IMG/VR virus record: IMGVR_UViG_3300045988_059190
Reading direction: 5' to 3' (one strand)
Origin: a virus
Length of the DNA: 56,602 nucleotides
Positions 27,400 to 33,335 of this stretch are shown here, one piece after another. The stretch's first letter is position 1. Every line of letters starts with the position of its first letter. The translations under genes and the position numbers were made by a program. Under the pieces are notes generated by a model, which saw nothing but the letters and a program-made list of their open reading frames with translations, was not told where the DNA came from and did no database searches.

Positions 27400-27696
27400 A
27401 CACCTCCTTTCAATAAAGCCTAATAGCGGAATGCTGATTAAAGGGCGGTCAAACGCCCGTTAGGCTTTCCCCTAAGGTTGCGGACTTGGGGAACCGTCAT
27501 CTTATGTTAGCTCCTAAAGATATAATATGATAAATTTTCATTCCGCAAAGGATAGTGCACAGTATGGTGCATGGATTCATGTCCGGCTATCCTTTTTCTG
27601 TATAGAGTTAGTTACGGAACAATATGCAGATTGACCGTCAAATAGCCGTAACAGTGGTTGGAACTGTATAGAGGGAACACTTGCACCAACCACTAA
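27400..27696 (+). ncRNA. candidate large structured RNA (class unknown; ROOL/GOLLD-like context)
   Basis: No RBS-led ORF. Helices are 27415-23/27460-68 (9 bp) enclosing 27443-47/27454-58, then 27467-72/27488-93, then 27550-55/27587-92 enclosing 27556-60/27567-71, then 27611-17/27646-52 (7 bp), then 27653-61/27686-94 (9 bp). Boundaries are uncertain. Confidence 0.45.
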
Positions 27697-27786
27697 CGGG
27701 ATATAGTTCAATGGTAGAACGCAGATGTTTCCTCTTTCGTTACATAATAGCATCTGAGACATGTGGTTCGAATCCGCAGAACCCGA
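27697..27786 (+). tRNA. tRNA-like element / aberrant tRNA with expanded anticodon loop
   Basis: D arm GTTC-AATGGTA-GAAC and T arm TGTGG-TTCGAAT-CCGCA are canonical. The acceptor pairs at only 5 of 7 positions. The anticodon stem CAGATG/CATCTG closes 23 nt instead of 7. No CCA is encoded. Confidence 0.35.
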
Positions 27787-27867
27787 TTACCCCGGCAGAG
27801 GTTCATCTGTCTGAATCCCTACCGCAGACGAAGCGGTTAATAAATGACGTTGAGGAGGATATGCAAC

Positions 27868-28476
27868 ATGAAAAATATTATTCAGATTATCAAAGATTCT
27901 GGTCTTGAAATTACAGATGAGCAGAAAAAGACAATCGAAGATGCAGTGAAAGAGAATTACAAAAGCGTATCTGACTATGAAAAGCAGACACGAAAAGTAG
28001 AAACTCTGACACAGGAACGTGACAACTTTAAAACGCAGTATGAAACAGCGAAAGAGACTTTGGACGGGTTCGAGGGAAAAGACTTCGATGCGATCACAAG
28101 AGAACGTGATGAGTGGAAGACGAAAGCCGAGAACGCAGAAAAAGAATGGAAAGACAAGCTTGATGCCAGTGAAAAAGAGTACAACCAGAAGATTGAAGAA
28201 AGAGACTTCAACGATGTTCTGAAAAAAGCTCTTGCGGGCGAGAAATTCAGTTCTGATTTTGCAAAAACAGGAATCATCAACATGATTAAAGACAAGGGCC
28301 TGAAACGTGAGGGTGAAAAGATTCTCGGTCTTGATGATTACATGAAAGAGCTGAAAGAATCTCAGAAAGATGCTTTCGTGACGGATGGTAAGACACCGCC
28401 AGTATTCACTACACCTACAGAAAAAGGCAGAAGTGAACAGAAAGCAGAGCCGTTTGTTCCTGGAACTGTTTGGTAA
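27868..28476 (+). CDS. scaffolding protein (GP20-like)
   Basis: GAGGAGG RBS. K/E-rich coiled coil ending in GLDDYMKELKESQKDAFV. Lies immediately upstream of the capsid gene. Confidence 0.75.
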   Translation: MKNIIQIIKDSGLEITDEQKKTIEDAVKENYKSVSDYEKQTRKVETLTQERDNFKTQYETAKETLDGFEGKDFDAITRERDEWKTKAENAEKEWKDKLDASEKEYNQKIEERDFNDVLKKALAGEKFSSDFAKTGIINMIKDKGLKREGEKILGLDDYMKELKESQKDAFVTDGKTPPVFTTPTEKGRSEQKAEPFVPGTVW

Positions 28477-28491
28477 AACCATACTGTTATC

Positions 28492-28536
28492 CGGCTATTG
28501 ATAGGAGATAGTCGTTGACCTTAAAGAATTAAAGGA
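28492..28536 (+). promoter_or_regulatory. bipartite stem-loop element upstream of capsid gene (copy C)
   Basis: CGGCTAT/ATAGTCG hairpin, then TTGACC, then a second hairpin overlapping the RBS AAAGGAG. Same architecture as 31617.. and 33276... Confidence 0.45.
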
Positions 28537-28544
28537 GAACAAAA

Positions 28545-29396
28545 ATGGCAGAAACAACAAGAATTACATCGTTAAACATGTTACTTGACCCAACCGGAAA
28601 AATGCTTCTTGCAGAAGAGTACGGAAAGGTCATTGAAAACGTCCAGAAGAACACTATTTCTGGAAAAATGAAGAATACCGAACTTTCCGGTGATCCGTCA
28701 GCCGGAACCGTAGAAGCAAAACGATTCGCAAATGCGACATCTAAGAATTACGGAACCGCTAGAGGTGCATCTAAAGGTGATGGAGTAAAAGGAAAGCCGG
28801 TTACGATTCCGATTGATGTTGATAAGGAAATCGTAGAAGAGGTTGAACAGAAAGACGTATCACTTCTCGGAGTAGAGGGGCTTATTGCAAAAAGAACAGC
28901 GAACCATGCGCTTAGAATGATCGCAGAACTCGACACTGAGTTCTTCAAAGTTGCCGGAACAGATGCAACGGAAGTTGATCTGACAGGCGTTACAGCTATT
29001 GAGGAACAGGCTGAAACAATGATTCAGCAGTGCGAAACTACCAAGAATGAATATGTGGACGGAGTACCACGTTCTATGATGAACATGATCTGCACACCAA
29101 AATTCTATGGAAAAATCCGCACATATCTGGACAAGGTTACAGTGCCGGGGGTTGGCGTAGCTGACGAAGAGTTCTATGCTTATCATGGTGTAAAAACATT
29201 CTCATGCGTACACATGCCGACAGACGTTGAGGTGATCGTAATGGTGGATGGAGCTATCGCACAGCCGGTTAAATCCACACCATACAGCGCTGAAAAGATT
29301 CCTCTTTCAGAAGCATACGGTATCGAACTCTTCTACCATTACGGAACAAAGTCTGTAATGCCAGACCTTATCTTCAAAAACAAGAAAGGTGAGTAA
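28545..29396 (+). CDS. major capsid protein
   Basis: 283 aa, directly after the scaffold gene, with strong RBS AAAGGAG. Assigned by position and size. Confidence 0.7.
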   Translation: MAETTRITSLNMLLDPTGKMLLAEEYGKVIENVQKNTISGKMKNTELSGDPSAGTVEAKRFANATSKNYGTARGASKGDGVKGKPVTIPIDVDKEIVEEVEQKDVSLLGVEGLIAKRTANHALRMIAELDTEFFKVAGTDATEVDLTGVTAIEEQAETMIQQCETTKNEYVDGVPRSMMNMICTPKFYGKIRTYLDKVTVPGVGVADEEFYAYHGVKTFSCVHMPTDVEVIVMVDGAIAQPVKSTPYSAEKIPLSEAYGIELFYHYGTKSVMPDLIFKNKKGE

Positions 29397-29398
29397 AA

Positions 29399-29551
29399 GT
29401 GAGACAGTTTGAAGACTTAGAAACAGGAAGAATCTTATCAACTGAGCATGAGACGAGTGCTCAGTTGATGGAGAATAACCCGAACAAATACAAAGAGATC
29501 AAAGACGTAAACAAAGGCAGAAGATCTACAACCAAAGCAGATCAGAAGTAG
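29399..29551 (+). CDS. small hypothetical protein (50 aa)
   Basis: GTG start follows GGTGAG and fills the gap between the capsid and connector genes. Confidence 0.35.
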   Translation: MRQFEDLETGRILSTEHETSAQLMENNPNKYKEIKDVNKGRRSTTKADQK

Positions 29552-29562
29552 CGGGAGGTATC

Positions 29563-30039
29563 ATGGCATACACAGATTATGAATTTTACAAAAACAAATT
29601 CTATGGTGATACTGTGCCGGAAAGTGACTTCCTCAAGTATGCAGAGCGTGCCAGTGATCGCATAGACCAATATACTTTCGACCGCCTTGTAGACGGACTT
29701 CCAGAAAATGAGCGAGCTAAAACGAAAGTACAAAAGGCTGTCTGTGCGGTTGCTGATGAAATGTATAAAGTTGATCAAGCTAGAAATGCCCTTATGGACA
29801 ACATAGGGACTATACAGAGAGAAGATGGGACGGTCGTAAATAAGACCGTCTCTTCTATTTCTTCAGGGAATGAAAGCATATCCTACGTTGCAGGCAGTAA
29901 TGCATTTGCCAACAATAAGTATGTAGAACTTGCAACAGATCCCAAAAAAGAAAGTGAACACTACTTGCAAAAAGCAGTGGAATATCTCTTGAACACTACT
30001 GACGACAACGGCATACATCTTTTGTATGCCGGACTGTGA
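29563..30039 (+). CDS. head-tail connector (gp6-like adaptor)
   Basis: MAYTDYEFYKNKFYGDTVPESDFLKYAERASDRIDQYTFDRL, plus its position after the capsid gene. Confidence 0.6.
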   Translation: MAYTDYEFYKNKFYGDTVPESDFLKYAERASDRIDQYTFDRLVDGLPENERAKTKVQKAVCAVADEMYKVDQARNALMDNIGTIQREDGTVVNKTVSSISSGNESISYVAGSNAFANNKYVELATDPKKESEHYLQKAVEYLLNTTDDNGIHLLYAGL

Positions 30040-30046
30040 GGTTAAT

Positions 30047-30187
30047 ATGTTAAAAATTATGAAAAGATTGTTATGCAAACATGAAAAGAAAGTTCATGCC
30101 GGAACGTATCTTGAAGATGTAGGCAATGGCATCAAAGAAACACGGCACATCTGGAAGTGTGAAAAATGCGGTAAGAAGTTTTATTAA
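30047..30187 (+). CDS. small zinc-ribbon protein (46 aa)
   Basis: LCKHE...WKCEKCGKKF. RBS is GTGAGG. Confidence 0.35.
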   Translation: MLKIMKRLLCKHEKKVHAGTYLEDVGNGIKETRHIWKCEKCGKKFY

Positions 30188-30202
30188 CGAGAGGTGATAC
30201 CA

Positions 30203-30655
30203 ATGTATGACAAAACCATAACGGTATTTAACAAATACGTGAACCAGACGGATGAAATATTTTGGTATCCGACCGTAATTAAAGGTGTTCAACTCATTGT
30301 TGACAAATCCGCAAACATCGAAAAGACAGGACTTGATACGGCTGACACGGCAACACTCCATGTTTTGTATCACATGGCATCTGATGAAAAAGTAGTAGCT
30401 GACAAAAAGTATCTTGAGCCTAAAAAATGGGCGAAACAGATCAACGATACGCTTGGACATACCGTTACATTTGCAAGTGGTGACTTTTTCATTGAGGGCG
30501 AATATGACGAAAGACTGATATCAGATGAAGACTATCAGAGCCGGAGAGACGGTGGTTTTTATGATTACATGAATAAAAGCCACGACAATGTATTCTTAAT
30601 CACAAATGTCGGAACATACACACTTATCCCACATTTTGAGATAGGGGGAAAGTAA
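30203..30655 (+). CDS. head-tail joining / minor capsid family protein
   Basis: ATG follows GAGAGGTGA (the track ORF starts at GTG 30194). First of three genes before the major tail gene. Confidence 0.55.
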   Translation: MYDKTITVFNKYVNQTDEIFWYPTVIKGVQLIVDKSANIEKTGLDTADTATLHVLYHMASDEKVVADKKYLEPKKWAKQINDTLGHTVTFASGDFFIEGEYDERLISDEDYQSRRDGGFYDYMNKSHDNVFLITNVGTYTLIPHFEIGGK

Positions 30656-31114
30656 ATGGCACGTAGCAGAATGTTTCACTTCCCAAATATTTCGATAGTT
30701 GAAGCTGACATCAAAGTGAATGTGAATCTTAATCGATTCGAAAAGCAATTCCAAGATGCTCAACTATGGTTAGATGAACAGGTATGGACAGGCACAAAAA
30801 AGTATATTCCACAAAGAGACGGGATGCTGATTGATACTACTAGTACGCAGAATGAATCCTTGAAAGGTAGCGGAAAAGTATATGCCGGTTATGGACCTTA
30901 CGCAAGATTTTTGTACATGGGAAAAGTCATGGTTGACCAGGAAACTGGTTCTCCGTGGGCGAGACCGAAAGCAAAAAAGGTAGTAACAGACCGTGATATC
31001 CAGTTTTCGAAAGTGCCAAATCCTTTTGCAACAGACCATTGGTTTGATTCTGCTAAGGATGAATTTTGTGATACATGGGTAAAAGGAGTGAAGAAACGTG
31101 CAGGCGGTGGATAG
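30656..31114 (+). CDS. head-tail joining / minor capsid family protein (HK97 gp10-like)
   Basis: YAGYGPYARFLYMGKVMVD..NPFATDHWFDSAKDEF. Confidence 0.55.
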   Translation: MARSRMFHFPNISIVEADIKVNVNLNRFEKQFQDAQLWLDEQVWTGTKKYIPQRDGMLIDTTSTQNESLKGSGKVYAGYGPYARFLYMGKVMVDQETGSPWARPKAKKVVTDRDIQFSKVPNPFATDHWFDSAKDEFCDTWVKGVKKRAGGG

Positions 31115-31616
31115 TAAAAAAACAGTGAAATACGATGTTGACGGATACGACATTGTAACAAATGCACTTAAAGATTTGCTGAATGAGTATCCTGGGTTGG
31201 AAATCGGAGAAGTGTTTAAGTTTTCCACACTCAAAGAAGACGATGGAATGGCGTTCTACCCGGTATCTGGTGCGGTGATTGCACGGGAGAAAAAATCGGT
31301 AACAGGCAAGGTGAATCAGCTTTGCAACTACCCGTTCTATATCGTGTACAGGACATCCCGTGATTCTCCGAACACAAAAGCGGATATCAAGGAATTTCTT
31401 GATAGTGTAGGTAAATGGTTGGAACGACAAAGCATCGTAATTGATGGCGAAAAACATAAGCTTACATCTTACCCAACACTTACAGAAGAGCGAAAAATAG
31501 AAGAGATTACAAGAATCACACCATCATATCTTGACAAGACTTACGAAAACAATGTGCAGGACTGGGTGATTAGTATGTCTCTTAAATACAGAAATGTATT
31601 CATAAGAACTAATTAA
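31098..31616 (+). CDS. tail completion / minor capsid family protein
   Basis: GTG follows AAAAGGAG. Assigned by position. Confidence 0.5.
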   Translation: MQAVDSKKTVKYDVDGYDIVTNALKDLLNEYPGLEIGEVFKFSTLKEDDGMAFYPVSGAVIAREKKSVTGKVNQLCNYPFYIVYRTSRDSPNTKADIKEFLDSVGKWLERQSIVIDGEKHKLTSYPTLTEERKIEEITRITPSYLDKTYENNVQDWVISMSLKYRNVFIRTN

Positions 31617-31670
31617 CCGGACATCAATTGGAGATGTTCGCTGACCGTAAAAAGTTAACGGTAGAAAGGA
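31617..31670 (+). promoter_or_regulatory. bipartite stem-loop element upstream of major tail gene (copy A)
   Basis: CGGACATC/GATGTTCG hairpin, CTGACC, ACCGT..ACGGT hairpin, then AGAAAGGA RBS. Near-identical layout to copy B, with compensatory changes. Confidence 0.55.
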
Positions 31671-31677
31671 TTTTAAT

Positions 31678-32214
31678 ATGGGAAATCTTAGTAGAGAAGC
31701 ACTCGCACATTATCTGGACTATAGTTTCAAACAGACAGTATCAAGTGCTACGTGGGAAATCCTTGGTGATGACATCGACGATATGTCGGTTGATCTGAAC
31801 CCGGATACAGAGACGAAGAAGAACATTCTTGGTCAGACCAAAACAACAGATAATGGATATGAACCGTCTATGGATGCAGATACATACTATGCAAACCCGG
31901 ACAAAAAGTTGTATCCAAAGATTAGGGATATTGCAATGAAACGATTGAAAGGAGCGGACTGCAAAACACTTATGTTGGAAGTCCTTGTAGAAGATACAAG
32001 TGCAGAAAACCACCTTGCCTATGTCGAAGAGGTTATGGTAAAACCTCAGTCTTATGGTGGTGATACATCTGGTGTAAACATTCCGTTCAAGGTGTCTTCT
32101 GACGGGAAGAGAACAGAGGGATATGTAAGTGCCACTTCGCTTGCTTCTGGAAATCCGGAATTTACAGCCGGGGCAGTTCCACACAGCCTGTCTACAGGAA
32201 AAGCAGTGCTTTAG
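31678..32214 (+). CDS. major tail protein
   Basis: 178 aa. ..ATWEILGDDIDDMSVDLNPDTETKKNILGQT.. is typical of siphoviral major tail proteins, and the position fits. Confidence 0.7.
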   Translation: MGNLSREALAHYLDYSFKQTVSSATWEILGDDIDDMSVDLNPDTETKKNILGQTKTTDNGYEPSMDADTYYANPDKKLYPKIRDIAMKRLKGADCKTLMLEVLVEDTSAENHLAYVEEVMVKPQSYGGDTSGVNIPFKVSSDGKRTEGYVSATSLASGNPEFTAGAVPHSLSTGKAVL

Positions 32215-32238
32215 CATTTAATTAGTAGGAGGAATAAT

Positions 32239-32685
32239 ATGAGTAACAAGTTGCCGAAAAAAAGAAACAACAATCAACTTTGTATTTCGGTTGATTCCGG
32301 AAAAATTGAAGTACCAATTATAGACAAACACACACATGAAAAACTGGGGCAGTTGGTATTTGCACCGAATGACACAAACATTGTCGAAAGATATGAAGAG
32401 GTTGTATCTTTTTGGAAAAATTACAAGATGCCAGAAGAAGACAGTTTAGAAGCTGTGAAGAAAGCGGAAAAAGAAATTTCGGATCAGCTTTCGTATTTAA
32501 TTAATGCGGATGCGGAAAAAGCTTTCTTTTCTATTCTTGGCCCTTTCTCTCCTATGGATGATGGAAAAATCTTCATGGAACAGGTGCTTGATGGTGTAGC
32601 ACAGGTTATTGAGAAAACTTTGAATACCAACGTAACAAAGGTACAGCGCCGTGTAAATAAGTACGTGGCCAAGTACCATAACTAA
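32239..32685 (+). CDS. tail assembly chaperone
   Basis: Lies between the major tail protein and the Gp15-like/TMP genes. Confidence 0.55.
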   Translation: MSNKLPKKRNNNQLCISVDSGKIEVPIIDKHTHEKLGQLVFAPNDTNIVERYEEVVSFWKNYKMPEEDSLEAVKKAEKEISDQLSYLINADAEKAFFSILGPFSPMDDGKIFMEQVLDGVAQVIEKTLNTNVTKVQRRVNKYVAKYHN

Positions 32686-33275
32686 TGGATGTCTGGAAAC
32701 TCCCGAAATCTGTTAAAGTAAACGGCAAAGAATATCGAATACGCTCAGATTACAGAGCCGTGTTAGATATTCTTTGTGCTATTAATGATCCCGACATAGT
32801 AGCCGGAATGTCCGAGGAAGAAAAAAACTTGGAGATATACACAACGATTCTGGCTATATTTTACGAAGACTTTGATGATCTTCCAATGGAAGACTGGGAA
32901 GAAGCTTTAAAGACGGCGAAAGAGTTTATTGACTGCGGATTTAATGGAGATAAGAAAAAACCACAACTTATGGATTGGAAAAAAGATGCAAAGATTCTGA
33001 TTCCGGCCATTAATAAAGTTGCGCACGAGGATATTCGTGAGAAAGAGTACTTACATTGGTGGACATTCATGGGACTTTTTATGGAGATTGGAGAATCTCT
33101 ATTCAGCACTATCACTAACATTCGTGAAAAAGTCTCGAAAGGGAAGAAATTGGATGGTTGGGAAAAAGAATTCTATTCTAGCAACAAAGAACTTGTTGAC
33201 CTTAAAGCGACACCAGAGCGAAGCGAAGAAGAAAAAGAAGAACTAAGAAGAGTATTCGGACTCGTAAATAATTAA
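32685..33275 (+). CDS. Gp15-family tail assembly protein
   Basis: LPKSVKVNGKEYRIRSDYRAVLDIL matches the Phage_Gp15 N-terminal pattern. Confidence 0.65.
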   Translation: MDVWKLPKSVKVNGKEYRIRSDYRAVLDILCAINDPDIVAGMSEEEKNLEIYTTILAIFYEDFDDLPMEDWEEALKTAKEFIDCGFNGDKKKPQLMDWKKDAKILIPAINKVAHEDIREKEYLHWWTFMGLFMEIGESLFSTITNIREKVSKGKKLDGWEKEFYSSNKELVDLKATPERSEEEKEELRRVFGLVNN

Positions 33276-33329
33276 CCGGGTATCATGTGAAGATACCCGC
33301 TGACCGCAAATATTTAGCGGTAGAAAGGA
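33276..33329 (+). promoter_or_regulatory. bipartite stem-loop element upstream of tape measure gene (copy B)
   Basis: CGGGTATC/GATACCCG perfect hairpin, CTGACC, ACCGC..GCGGT hairpin, then AGAAAGGA RBS. Confidence 0.55.
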
Positions 33330-33335
33330 CAATAC

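Noticed and set aside
27697-27790. tmRNA or a captured 16S-ITS-tRNA fragment
   Set aside because: No upstream partner (CGGGTTC) for the 3' acceptor strand was found, and there is no tag-peptide reading frame ending in a resume/stop context. Similarity to 16S rRNA is limited to the 11-nt CACCTCCTTTC block, and the flanks do not resemble the rRNA 3' domain.
27787-28482. 231-aa minus-strand ORF opposite the scaffold gene. Similar long antisense ORFs occur at 11269..11826, 10620..11096, 51550..52113, 46150..46536 and 46543..46911.
   Set aside because: These are shadow ORFs of K/E-rich or AT-rich coding regions. They have F/L/S-rich low-complexity translations and no RBS. The opposite strand carries genes with recognisable motifs and coupling.
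32600-32760. Programmed -1 frameshift between the two tail chaperone genes
   Set aside because: The two ORFs abut by a TAATG overlap and each has its own start. No slippery heptamer and no extended overlapping frame were seen.
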